From NCBI GenBank assembly GCA_046757405.1, contig JBHHYE010000008.1:1944-65943 (forward strand): a stretch of DNA of 64,000 bases, written 5' to 3'. Position 1 is the first letter of the stretch, and every line of letters starts with the position of its first letter. The notes under the pieces are model-generated. The model saw nothing but the letters and a program-made list of their open reading frames with translations. It was not told the DNA's origin and searched no databases. The translations under genes and the position numbers were made by a program. Positions 1 to 10,232 of the stretch are shown here, piece after piece. Source of the DNA: Acidobacteriota bacterium. GTDB lineage: Bacteria; Acidobacteriota; Polarisedimenticolia; SMYD01.

Positions 1-1350
1 GGCCCACCTGTAATGACCCTGATACTTGGCCATCACCTGGTGTGATTTTCCCGACGGAGACACGAAGGTCCATGGCACCTCCTGCTCTTCAGGCGGCTTG
101 GTCCGCACCCATGTGTCCCGCAGGTCTGTGGTAAATTCTGAGCCAAGGATGATTGGATCGGTTGCCGCGAGCAGCCGAACTTCCAGCCGGTCCCAGTTTG
201 CTCGTATTGGTAAAGGGGTTTGCCGCCAGGATGACGTGTGGCCCGCATGATGACCACGCATCTCTATAGTAGGTGATTCGTAGCCGGTCTCAGGCACAAA
301 ACTGGCGGCGAAGAACGTAGCACCCTCCGTTATCAGGGACGGTAATACATAGGATCTGCCATATTCCAGAAACATTCTTTTTTGGAATTGTTGGGATTCC
401 CGCGGGCTTTCCCACTCTATGAAGAGGTGTGGCCTCCATTTGATGTTGCGATTGTCGCCGTGGTTGCCTGACTCCAAGCTGATCCCCGTTCCAAGGTGAT
501 CTTCATAATAGTCAGGCAGTTTCAACAGAAGAAGCAAAGGCTTGTGTTGCTGAACGCGTCTGGATATGTACTGCGCCAGATCGGAAGATGAAAATTCCAG
601 TGTTTCTTCACCTGGACGGTAACGAGCCTCCGCCAGGGGCATCGCCTTGGTATCAGCGTCCGGATCACTGTCGGAGGCAAACCCCAACCCAGGCAGCCCC
701 CAGGATCTTTCCTGGTACGCGACGTCATTCCACCACACTTCGCCCTGTTGGGGCGGGCTAGTATTGTCATGGTGGGTGCCGCCTTCTCCAGGCACCCAAT
801 CTTTATTCACCTCATAGAGAAGAACGGGCATTTCGGTCGACGGCCCGTGTTCAACGGTGATGCTCAGGCGCGCCTGCACGATGCGGGTTGAAGGGGGCAG
901 CTCGATGTGGTCCCAACGCTGTATGGATCGAAAGAGTTCGAGTTCCCCGTATCTTGGAGCTGTCATCCGGCGACCCGCGCGGAAATGCACCTGGCCCGGC
1001 TGGTTCCACCCATACTTGAAGACACCGTCAAGAAAGCCTCGCAGGTCGTTATCTTCCATGCCGGCATAGTGGCGCCCGTTGACGAAGACTGACAGGTGCC
1101 GAAGAGGCGCCTGCTGACTCACCTTGGCGTTGTCAGCGTAACAAGAAATCCGCAGTGTGCCGCGTACGGATTCTGGCGCCACGGTGATATGGGGAAGAAT
1201 CCCCAGGTTCTCCTGTCCATGCCGATGCATCCCCGCGAGACCGAGCAGGAGCATGATCATCCCCGCCAGGGATAACACTATGATTTTGCCCACCCCCAGT
1301 CTCTCGATCACCCGGCGATAGAGTGGATGACGTTGAAATGAGCGTTGCAT
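1..1350 (-). CDS. Hypothetical membrane-anchored protein, partial (3' end beyond window start); conspicuously low GC
   Basis: I checked forward frame 1 across 1-1350 for tta/cta/tca and found none, so the minus-strand frame is open for 450 codons from ATG (revcomp cat at 1348-1350) to the window edge. It is absent from the ORF track only because it has no in-window stop. The N-terminus MQRSFQRHPLYRRVIERLGVGKIIVLSLAGMIMLLLGLAGM is a single TM anchor followed by a soluble domain. Local GC is ~42-63%, well below the ~68% flanks. Confidence 0.6.
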   Translation of the reverse strand, partial: MQRSFQRHPLYRRVIERLGVGKIIVLSLAGMIMLLLGLAGMHRHGQENLGILPHITVAPESVRGTLRISCYADNAKVSQQAPLRHLSVFVNGRHYAGMEDNDLRGFLDGVFKYGWNQPGQVHFRAGRRMTAPRYGELELFRSIQRWDHIELPPSTRIVQARLSITVEHGPSTEMPVLLYEVNKDWVPGEGGTHHDNTSPPQQGEVWWNDVAYQERSWGLPGLGFASDSDPDADTKAMPLAEARYRPGEETLEFSSSDLAQYISRRVQQHKPLLLLLKLPDYYEDHLGTGISLESGNHGDNRNIKWRPHLFIEWESPRESQQFQKRMFLEYGRSYVLPSLITEGATFFAASFVPETGYESPTIEMRGHHAGHTSSWRQTPLPIRANWDRLEVRLLAATDPIILGSEFTTDLRDTWVRTKPPEEQEVPWTFVSPSGKSHQVMAKYQGHYRWA

Positions 1351-1925
1351 GAAGGGACCCTTTCTTTATGCCAGTGGAAAGTGTGCAGTTCTAGTTGGAT
1401 AATGAAGCGGCTCCAAACCCTGTGGTTCGATGACGGTACCAACCCGCATTCAGTCGCAAGAGCAAGGAGCCCAGAAGGAAAGTATCGTGTGATCTGTCCA
1501 GAAACGCAAGGAAGCCAGAGGAATGGACCTGGCCACGGCGGCCCTGCAGGGAGCACCGGCCGTGTGGCAGGATATCGATTTCTGGTTTGACAATCTTCAG
1601 CGTCTGAAGGTGGCGCCGAAGTCCGTGGGTGGCACGGTCAACGCGCCCGGTTTCGTGGCCTTGAGCTCGCTGGCTGCCGACCCTGATTCACAAGCCCTGG
1701 AGGTCTCCGTGCAAGCGGGGCTACCAGGTTGAGCCTGGCCAGATCCTCCGGCCTCACCCGTCCGCGCCGTCGCAGCAAGCCGAGAAGCGAGAGTGGGGTG
1801 AACCCGGGATCCTTGCCGCATGCGGCCCAGCACAGCGCGATCCGCCTCGAATGCCTCGGCGACGCGCTGCTCGGAGTCGTGAAAGTAGTCGAAGTCGTTG
1901 CTGTAACGCTCGGTGTTGGGCTCGA

Positions 1926-3221
1926 TCAAGATCGCGGCACCACCCGCGCCGGCCGATCCCCGAGCATCTCCGCCAGGGCCTCGGCCACCAGCCGGTTGGC
2001 CCGGGCCGTGGGATGCCCGTCGTCGCGCATGAAATCGGTCACCGGGATCCCTTCCCGGCGCGCCGCCTGGGTGAAGAGATCTCTGGTGTTGAGAACCGGG
2101 ACATGGCCCTGTTCCAGGACCCGGTCCAGGAGACGCTCCCGCCATCCGGCGGCCGGAGCGTCCAGCCGGGCCGCGAACGTCACGAACAGAAGCGGCAGGT
2201 CATGGTCGCGCGCCTCCTGGATGATGGCCTCCAGGAGCCGCCGGTTGAGGTCGATCTTCTCACGCCGGCGGTAGTCGAGCTCGTACATGTCGCCGCCGCC
2301 CGCCAGGATCCGCCAGCTCCGCAGCAGGTAAGCCAGCAGATAGCTCTTGAGGCGCGGCTGGTAGCGGGCCCGCCAGCGGGGAGAGTCTTCCTCCATGGGA
2401 GCCCCGTGCAGAACCAGCCGGCCGTCCTCGAGGACGAAGTACGGCTTGGGGCCGGTCCGGAAGGTCAGGACACTGCGGTCCAGGTCGGTGGCCATCACCC
2501 CGATGATGACGGTTGGTTTCTTGAATCGCGCGTGGGACAGCTTGAAACGCAGGTAGATCTGCCCCAGGCCGAACCCTCCCACGCCGTAGTTGAAGACCTG
2601 GAGGTCCGGCAGCAACCGGTCCAGGATCTGCGGGATGCGCGATTCCATCGGCACGGCGGATCCCGCCACGAACGAATCGCCGTAGAAGAGAACCGCTTGG
2701 GCGCCGGGATCGTACCGGTTCGGGACCGCGGCGGTGATCCCCAGGGGATTGTCCGCGGTTTCCGGTGGAGCCCAGCCCAGCATCGGATGGAAGCGCCCCA
2801 CCACGTTGTCTGATTGCTCCGGAAGCCATTTCTGGTGCAGGCGGAAATAGTCGCCGTCGGACAGGTAGTCGGCGTACAGGCCGGGCTGGCGGACCTTGGG
2901 CATCCCCAGGGCGATGCCGGCCCGGAGCCCCGCCTCGGCCAGGACCGGCGTGATGATGACGATGCTGGCCGCCATCAGGTTCAGGTTGGCCATGGCCTCG
3001 CGGCGGCGGAAGCGCAGGGTCACCAGTCCCCAGCCGGCCAGGAGCAAGCCGGCGCCCAGGAGGAGGCGCCGGCCCAGGGCGCCCCAGATCCGGTGCTCCG
3101 GAGCGATGAGTTGATGGATCAGGGGATCGCTGGCGGCCAGGAGCAGGCCAACCAGGAGATAAACGACGCCCAGCCCGGTCAGGACCTTGAGGCGGAGGGG
3201 CGGGGGAGACGGCGTCATCAT
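1926..3221 (-). CDS. SGNH/GDSL-family hydrolase, membrane-anchored (candidate polysaccharide O-acetyl esterase/transferase)
   Basis: 431-aa ORF with N-terminal hydrophobic segments. GDSL block I is FYGDSFVAG, block II-like is NYGVGG, and a C-terminal DDGHP supplies the catalytic Asp/His. It lies 10 nt downstream of the Wzx stop on the same strand. Confidence 0.7.
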   Translation of the reverse strand: MMTPSPPPLRLKVLTGLGVVYLLVGLLLAASDPLIHQLIAPEHRIWGALGRRLLLGAGLLLAGWGLVTLRFRRREAMANLNLMAASIVIITPVLAEAGLRAGIALGMPKVRQPGLYADYLSDGDYFRLHQKWLPEQSDNVVGRFHPMLGWAPPETADNPLGITAAVPNRYDPGAQAVLFYGDSFVAGSAVPMESRIPQILDRLLPDLQVFNYGVGGFGLGQIYLRFKLSHARFKKPTVIIGVMATDLDRSVLTFRTGPKPYFVLEDGRLVLHGAPMEEDSPRWRARYQPRLKSYLLAYLLRSWRILAGGGDMYELDYRRREKIDLNRRLLEAIIQEARDHDLPLLFVTFAARLDAPAAGWRERLLDRVLEQGHVPVLNTRDLFTQAARREGIPVTDFMRDDGHPTARANRLVAEALAEMLGDRPARVVPRS

Positions 3222-3231
3222 GGGAGGGTGC

Positions 3232-4707
3232 TCACGGCAGCCGCCGGAGAGCGCGGATCACCGGGAGCCGGGACAGGACAGTGCGGATCTTCTCTTTCTC
3301 CTCCTGCCGGAAGAAGCCGGAGAGCCACAATGCGGGAGGATACAGGAGCAGCAGGAGGAGCTTCGCGAGAAGACGCGCGGGCAGGGAAGGGAACGGAATC
3401 AGGAGCGAGCCCGCGCCGATGGCGGCCAGCAGAACGGCGGCCCGGGCGAGGCGGTTCCATTCCAGCCGCAGAGGGTAGAGCCGGCGGCTGACCAGGTAGA
3501 CGGCGGCGGGAACCAGGATGTAGGTGGCCAGGGTCGTGCCGGCCGCCGCCAGCATGCCGAACCTGGGGATGAGAAGCAGGTTCAGGGCGATGTTGGCACC
3601 GGCCCCTCCCAGGAACACCACCGAGAGAAGATGCATCCTGCCGGTGACATCGATCCCCAGCCCCAGAAGGGGGACCAGCCCGAAGAGAAAGTAAGCGAAC
3701 ACCGCCAGGGGAATCACACGATAGGCGGCGTGAAACTTGGGGTCGGCCACCAGAATGAGCTCCGGGGCGTAGATCGCCACCCCCGTGCAGAGATACCCGA
3801 TGCCGGCCGTGTAGTAGTTCACCAGCCGCTGGAAGAGAAGAGGCCCCTGGGGGGTCCGGGCCTCGGTGAAGAGAACCTTGGGGAAGGCAAACTTGAAGGC
3901 ATTGGTGAGGATGTAAACGCCCATGCCGAACTTGTACCCCAGGTTGTAGAGGCCGATCTCCGCACCGCTGCGGAAGATCCTGAGGATATAGATGTCGCTC
4001 AGGTTCATGGCCCACAGGGCCAGGGTGCTGGGAATGAGGGGAAGACCGTACCCCAGCAGGTCGCGGCAGATGCCGGCGGAGATTCCCCGGCGGAGCTGCC
4101 GCAAGCTCCAGGGAAGGAAGAGGGCGGCCATCACCGCCACGGAGGCCATGTTGGCGCTCATGGCGCCCCAGGCCCCCTGGCCCCGGCCCACCACCAGGTA
4201 AACGGCCAGGGCCAGGTTGAGGGCGAACGCCAGTAACGTGAAGATGGAGAAGCGGATCGACTGGTCCTGCATGCGGAAATGGGTGTTGCGGACCGCCTGG
4301 AAGATGTAGGCGAAGTTGAGCCAGGCGATGAGCACCACGAAGCCCACCTGCCGGTCCGATCCGAAGAGCCAGAAGGCCAGCGGCCGCCTGAGAACCAGGA
4401 GGAGCAGCAGAATGGCCGCGCCGGCGATCAAGAGGGCCGCTAGGCCGGTTCCCAGCACCTTGCGCTTCTCCTGGTCCGAGCGGGCCGTCAGGAGGTACGA
4501 GCGGAAGAGGGCGGTGGGGATCCCGGCCAGGCTGACGATTTTCAGGATCCCCACGGTGGCGGTGCACAGGGCCAGGACCCCGTAGTCGGCCGGGGTCAGG
4601 TACCGGGTGTAGACGGGAATGAGCAGGAATCCGAGCACCCGGGTGCCCAGGGAGCCGACGCCGTAGACCAGGGAATGCTTGCCCAGGCGGGCGATTTTTC
4701 GATACAC
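3232..4707 (-). CDS. wzx: Wzx-like oligosaccharide flippase / polysaccharide biosynthesis protein (MOP superfamily)
   Basis: Polytopic protein with 12 or more hydrophobic segments and the typical N-terminus YRKIARLGKHSLVYGVGSLGTRVLGFLLIPVYTRYLTPADYG. The track ORF extends to 4809. I place the start at GTG (forward 4705-4707), preceded by a GGGGGAAG RBS; an upstream ATG would overlap the divergent gene. Confidence 0.75.
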   Translation of the reverse strand: MYRKIARLGKHSLVYGVGSLGTRVLGFLLIPVYTRYLTPADYGVLALCTATVGILKIVSLAGIPTALFRSYLLTARSDQEKRKVLGTGLAALLIAGAAILLLLLVLRRPLAFWLFGSDRQVGFVVLIAWLNFAYIFQAVRNTHFRMQDQSIRFSIFTLLAFALNLALAVYLVVGRGQGAWGAMSANMASVAVMAALFLPWSLRQLRRGISAGICRDLLGYGLPLIPSTLALWAMNLSDIYILRIFRSGAEIGLYNLGYKFGMGVYILTNAFKFAFPKVLFTEARTPQGPLLFQRLVNYYTAGIGYLCTGVAIYAPELILVADPKFHAAYRVIPLAVFAYFLFGLVPLLGLGIDVTGRMHLLSVVFLGGAGANIALNLLLIPRFGMLAAAGTTLATYILVPAAVYLVSRRLYPLRLEWNRLARAAVLLAAIGAGSLLIPFPSLPARLLAKLLLLLLYPPALWLSGFFRQEEKEKIRTVLSRLPVIRALRRLP

Positions 4708-4868
4708 GGGCTTCCCCCGCCGGCCGCCCTCCTCCGGCCCATCCGGGGGGGGCGCGGGCGTGCTACTCCTGTGCCCGGCACAGTTTACAGGGTTTGACCC
4801 GGCGGACACCCTTGAAATGGTCCGGTTTGAGGGTATATATACGTGCGTCCATCCAGGGGGAATTCAAC

Positions 4869-5849
<981 letters not shown>

Positions 5850-5862
5850 CGGGAGGTTCCCT

Positions 5863-7677
5863 TTGCGAGCACTCGTCTCGTTCTTGGTGGCGCTGGGCGC
5901 TGCCTCCGCCCTGACGCCGCTGGTCATGGTGATGGCGCGCCGGAATGGGCTGGTCTCCCGTCCCCAGCCGGACCGCTGGCATTCCCGGGCGACGCCCCTC
6001 CTGGGAGGGGTGGCCATCTTTCTCTCCTTCATCTTCACGGCCGTCTTTCTGACTCCCTTCCATTCTCCTTCCCTTCGCCTGGGGTTCGCGGGAGTGCTCA
6101 TCGGCTCCACCGTCATGTTCTTCCTCGGGTTGCTGGACGATTTCATGCACCTGGGGGCGGCCACCAAGCTCATCGGCCAGGTGGTGGCGGCCTGTATCCT
6201 GGTTTATTGCGGCGTGTATTTCGATATTCTCGGCCGGCCCTTGCTGACCATTCCCTTGACCATCTTGTGGGTGGTGGGAATCACCAATGCCTTCAACCTC
6301 CTGGACAACATGGACGGCCTGGCATCGGGGATCGCAGCCATCTGCGCGCTCACCATCTTTGCCCTCAACCAGGTGCTGGGCATCGACCCCAGCCTCGGAC
6401 TGGTGGCGCTGAGCTTCGCGGGAGCCCTCCTGGGATTCCTGATCTTCAATTTTAACCCAGCCCGTATCTTCATGGGGGACAGCGGCTCGATGATGATCGG
6501 CTTCACGCTGGCCGGCCTCTCCATCGCCGGCACGTGGCATCAGGCTTCCAACGTTTTTCTCCTGCTCCTGGTCCCGGTCCTGATTCTCGGGGTGCCCATT
6601 TTCGATACGACCTTCGTCACGGTCACGCGGCACCTGCGCGGCCAGTCGATTGCCGTGGGGGGGCGGGACCACACATCCCACCGGCTCGTGGGGCTGGGGT
6701 TGAGCGAGAGACAGGCTGTCCTGATTCTCTACGGCATTTCCCTGGCGTTCGCGGTGATTGCGGTCCTGGCGTTGCGTTACAATGTCTTCATCGCCGGCAT
6801 CCTGGTGATCCTGCTGGCCACCGTCGCCCTGATCTTCGGGATGTTCCTGGGGCAATCCAGGCTCTCTCAAGAGGTGGCGCCTGCCGCGGCCGGGCCGGAG
6901 GGGAACGGGAAGGACGCCAGGCGCGGGTTCGTCCTGAACACCCTGGTGATGCACAAGCGCCGGATGGCGGAGGTCCTGATCGACCTGTGCCTGTTCGGGG
7001 TCGCCTTCGTGGCCGCCTATCTTCTGAGGTTTGAGGGCGCCATGCTTCCGCAAACAGAGCGCCTTCTTCTCTTTGCCCTGCCGATCGTCGTTCCGATCAA
7101 GCTGATCACCTTCTGGTCCTTCGGCCTCTACCGGCGGGTCTGGGATTTCATGGGGATCCACGACCTGGTGGTCATCACCAAGGCCGTCTTGACGTCCAGC
7201 CTGATCTGCATCATGGTCCTCTGGGGCCTGACCCGCCTGGAGACGTTCTCCCGCGCGGCCTTCCTGATGGACGGCATTCTTCTCCTCCTGCTCACCGCAG
7301 GGAGCCGCATCCTGTATCGTGTGTTCCAGGAGTCGTTTTTGGAGGAGTGTCCGGAAGGGAAACGGCTCCTCATCGTCGGGGCCGGGCAGGCGGGGGCGCT
7401 GGCCCTGCGCGAGATCCGCCGGAACCCGGCGCTGGGTTACCAGACGGTCGGTTTCCTGGATGATGATCCGGACAAGTGGGGCCGGAGGATCCAGGGTGCC
7501 CGCATCCTGGGAGGGCGCGACATGATCGCCAATCTCTCGTCCGAAGGGATCGACGAGATTCTGATCGCGATTCCCTCCCTTCCCCAGGACCAGCAGGCGG
7601 CCCTCGCTCAACTCTGTCGCGCCACCGGCAAGACCACGCGGATCATGCAGCGGGTCAGCAGCACCTTCCTTCATTGA
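5863..7677 (+). CDS. wecA: WecA/WbpL-family polyprenyl-phosphate HexNAc-1-phosphate transferase fused to a C-terminal TM + CoA_binding_3-like Rossmann domain
   Basis: MraY/WecA motifs NAFNLLDNMDGLASG and GDSGSMMIGF sit in the first ~350 aa. The extra ~240 aa carry TM helices then LLIVGAGQAGALALREIRRNPALGYQTVGFLDDDPDKWGRRIQGARILGG, which resembles the N-terminal NAD/CoA-binding-like domain of WbpM/CapD/WbaP-type proteins. Confidence 0.75.
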   Translation: MRALVSFLVALGAASALTPLVMVMARRNGLVSRPQPDRWHSRATPLLGGVAIFLSFIFTAVFLTPFHSPSLRLGFAGVLIGSTVMFFLGLLDDFMHLGAATKLIGQVVAACILVYCGVYFDILGRPLLTIPLTILWVVGITNAFNLLDNMDGLASGIAAICALTIFALNQVLGIDPSLGLVALSFAGALLGFLIFNFNPARIFMGDSGSMMIGFTLAGLSIAGTWHQASNVFLLLLVPVLILGVPIFDTTFVTVTRHLRGQSIAVGGRDHTSHRLVGLGLSERQAVLILYGISLAFAVIAVLALRYNVFIAGILVILLATVALIFGMFLGQSRLSQEVAPAAAGPEGNGKDARRGFVLNTLVMHKRRMAEVLIDLCLFGVAFVAAYLLRFEGAMLPQTERLLLFALPIVVPIKLITFWSFGLYRRVWDFMGIHDLVVITKAVLTSSLICIMVLWGLTRLETFSRAAFLMDGILLLLLTAGSRILYRVFQESFLEECPEGKRLLIVGAGQAGALALREIRRNPALGYQTVGFLDDDPDKWGRRIQGARILGGRDMIANLSSEGIDEILIAIPSLPQDQQAALAQLCRATGKTTRIMQRVSSTFLH

Positions 7678-9029
7678 TGGGCCGGACAGGCAAGTTGGCC
7701 CTCCTCCTGCTGGGCGGAGTTCTGGCAGCCGGCCAGGGGCTGATCTTCGCCCAGGGCGCGGACCAGGGGATCCCCCTGGGGAAGGGGATCTTCTACCCGG
7801 CCATCGCCATCGAGGGGGCCAGCGATGACAACCTGTTCCAGCAAGAGGATGACCGGATCTCGGTGAACTCCACGGCCATCGGCCCCGATCTGGAATGGCA
7901 TCTGCCGCTTTCCCGCAGCCTGCTCACCCTCATCTACAAGCCCCGCCTGCGTCGGTACGAGAATAACGTCATTCCCTCCACCACGTCGCACCGGTTCGAC
8001 GGCGAGTTTACCTTGGAGCTGCCCAGCGACACCCTCTTCACCGTCAAGGACAGTTTCGAGCGCGGAAACCTGGAGATCCGGGAGTTCACCGGGGGGGAGC
8101 CGACCTTCGGCGGCGACCGGTTCACGCGCAACGTCTACCAGGCCGGTTTCGAGATGCCGATCGGCCCGCGGCAGAAGGTGGAGATCGGGCTGTTCGGGGG
8201 GTCGACTCGGTTCGACGAGCTAGAGTCCGCCTCCTTCATCGACCTCTCGGACCAGGGTGTCCTGGCGAGCTGGTCCATCTCGCTGACCACGGAGCTGGAC
8301 TACCGGGTCGAGGCCCGGGGCTCCCGGGTGCGCGAGGATCGTCCCCCGGTGCGATTCCTCGATTTCCAGTCGCAGATGCCCATCCTGCTGCAAGATCTGG
8401 TGGCCGATCAGTTCGACCAGCGATCGATCCGGTCGGGTCTCGAGGGGCGCATCGGAAAGGTCCTGGAGACCCGCACCTTCCTGGGGTTCACCATCCAGGA
8501 TTTTGAGGATTCGGCGCAATCCGATTACCGGGGTCCGACCCTGGAGAGTGAGTGGAGACTGCGCCTGACATCCTCCCTGGGTGTTCGTGTGCTCGCCCGC
8601 CGCCAGCCGTTCGCTTCCGCCTTCAACGTCGCCAACTTCTTCGTCGCGGAGGACGCCAGCGCCTTCCTGGAGTGGCAGACGCCGCGCCGGCTGACAGTGA
8701 GCGTGGGGGGGAGCCGGCAGAAGAACAGCTACAAGGACCCCATCCAGACCAACCTGGACGGGAGCACCGCGACCGGGATCAACGCGGCGGGCGACGACAT
8801 TTTACCGGACCCTTCTACCGGTTTCGTAACCGGCGTCTTCCGCAAGGACCGCATCCGGCGGGTCGAGGGACGGGTGGAGTTCGCCTTCCGTCCGCACCGG
8901 CTCGCCGCCTTCGTGGAACTCATCGACGAGAGACGCGCCTCCAACATCACCTTCTCCCAGTTCAACCGCCGGGTGGTCCGTCTGGGGCTCCGTTTCGGGT
9001 GGTTCCGGTCGGGATCTGGTGGTATATAA
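7677..9029 (+). CDS. Outer-membrane beta-barrel protein (polysaccharide-export associated, uncharacterised)
   Basis: ATG 7677 overlaps the wecA stop (TGATG). Signal peptide MGRTGKLALLLLGGVLAAGQGLIFAQGA, alternating-hydrophobic beta-strand pattern, aromatic-rich C-terminal region (LGLRFGWF). It sits immediately upstream of wza. Confidence 0.55.
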   Translation: MGRTGKLALLLLGGVLAAGQGLIFAQGADQGIPLGKGIFYPAIAIEGASDDNLFQQEDDRISVNSTAIGPDLEWHLPLSRSLLTLIYKPRLRRYENNVIPSTTSHRFDGEFTLELPSDTLFTVKDSFERGNLEIREFTGGEPTFGGDRFTRNVYQAGFEMPIGPRQKVEIGLFGGSTRFDELESASFIDLSDQGVLASWSISLTTELDYRVEARGSRVREDRPPVRFLDFQSQMPILLQDLVADQFDQRSIRSGLEGRIGKVLETRTFLGFTIQDFEDSAQSDYRGPTLESEWRLRLTSSLGVRVLARRQPFASAFNVANFFVAEDASAFLEWQTPRRLTVSVGGSRQKNSYKDPIQTNLDGSTATGINAAGDDILPDPSTGFVTGVFRKDRIRRVEGRVEFAFRPHRLAAFVELIDERRASNITFSQFNRRVVRLGLRFGWFRSGSGGI

Positions 9030-9062
9030 TCATTCTCCAGATATCTGAATAGGTAGGTCGAG

Positions 9063-10214
9063 ATGACTCTTGGCAGGATGTGCCTGGTGGTGGCCACCGT
9101 TGCTGTCTGGGCGGGCGGGCCGGTCCCGGCCTGGGCGGGCCCGGGCGAAGACCAGGGCGCCGTGCCGGCCAGCCCGGTACTCCAGGTGTCGCACCATGCG
9201 GAGGGGGATCGGCAGGTGATCGAGATCCGCGGGCCCGGAGCCGGGCGGCACACGCTCGAGCGGCTCGGGAATGGCACGTTCGCCCTGCGCTTCGAGCGCG
9301 CGCGGTTGCCGGATCAGGCTCGGGCGGCCGTGGCTCCGTTGCGGTTCGGCACGGGGGATCCCCAGAGCCTGATCATTCCCGCCGGCCTGCGCCTGAGTAG
9401 CCTCCAGTCGGAGCCTTCCCTTCTGAGACTTGTGCTGGATCCCCTGACCGGCCCGGCCCCCGGGGAATACCGGCTCGGAGTGGGCGACAAGGTCCGCCTG
9501 AACATCTACGGAGATGACGAGTTCAAGAACAAGGAGATGCGCATCGTGGACGACGGCACCCTGTCCGTGCCTTATCTCGGCGCCGTCCAGATCGCGGGGC
9601 TCACTGTGACCGAGGCCGCCGCGGAGATTTCCCGGCGTCTCTCCGCCGGTTACCTGGTGGAGCCCAAGGTGGGCCTGGAGGTGGTGGAGTACCAGAGCCA
9701 GTGGGTCAACGTGTCAGGGCAGGTGGCGCGGCCCGGACGATACGTTCTCGAAGGCACGACCCGGCTCATGGACATCATCGCCCGCGCCGGAGGTCTGCGC
9801 AACGAAGCCGGCAACGAGATCCGGATCACTCGCCGGGAGACCGCGGGAGCCGGCCACCGGGTGATAGTCTTTGACCGAAACTCCCTGTACCAGGCGGACG
9901 GGCCGCATGAGAACCCGGTCCTGGAGAGCGGTGATACCATCACCGTTTCGCCGGAGGAATACTTCTTCATCAAGGGAGAGGTTCGTTCTCCCGGCCGTTA
10001 TCCTCTGGGAGCCCATACGACCATTCTCACGGCGATCTCCCTGGCCGGCGGGTTCGAGCAGTATGCCAACCAGAAGAAGATCGAGGTTCTGCGCAAGCAG
10101 GGAGACGAAACCATTCGCCTGGTGATCAACGTGGAGCGGATCGAGAACAGGAAAGACGATGATGTGCCGCTGTTGCCTGGAGACATCATCAATGTCAAGA
10201 CCCGCTTCCTCTGA
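9063..10214 (+). CDS. wza: Polysaccharide export protein Wza-like (Poly_export + SLBB domains) with N-terminal ~100-aa extension
   Basis: Signal peptide present. The core GDKVRLNIYGDDEF...LSVPYLGAVQIAGLTVTEAAAEISRRL...GQVARPGRYVL...LPGDIINV is typical of Wza/KpsD-like exporters. An unusual N-terminal region lies between the signal peptide and the Poly_export domain. Confidence 0.8.
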   Translation: MTLGRMCLVVATVAVWAGGPVPAWAGPGEDQGAVPASPVLQVSHHAEGDRQVIEIRGPGAGRHTLERLGNGTFALRFERARLPDQARAAVAPLRFGTGDPQSLIIPAGLRLSSLQSEPSLLRLVLDPLTGPAPGEYRLGVGDKVRLNIYGDDEFKNKEMRIVDDGTLSVPYLGAVQIAGLTVTEAAAEISRRLSAGYLVEPKVGLEVVEYQSQWVNVSGQVARPGRYVLEGTTRLMDIIARAGGLRNEAGNEIRITRRETAGAGHRVIVFDRNSLYQADGPHENPVLESGDTITVSPEEYFFIKGEVRSPGRYPLGAHTTILTAISLAGGFEQYANQKKIEVLRKQGDETIRLVINVERIENRKDDDVPLLPGDIINVKTRFL

Positions 10215-10232
10215 GGGAGCACGGAGTCCCGA

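Noticed and set aside
3218-4567. 449-aa ORF (-) and 349-aa ORF (+, 3187-4236) overlapping the Wzx flippase gene
   Set aside because: Alternative frames of a high-GC gene. The translations are low-complexity R/P/G-rich. The Wzx frame gives a coherent 12-TM protein.
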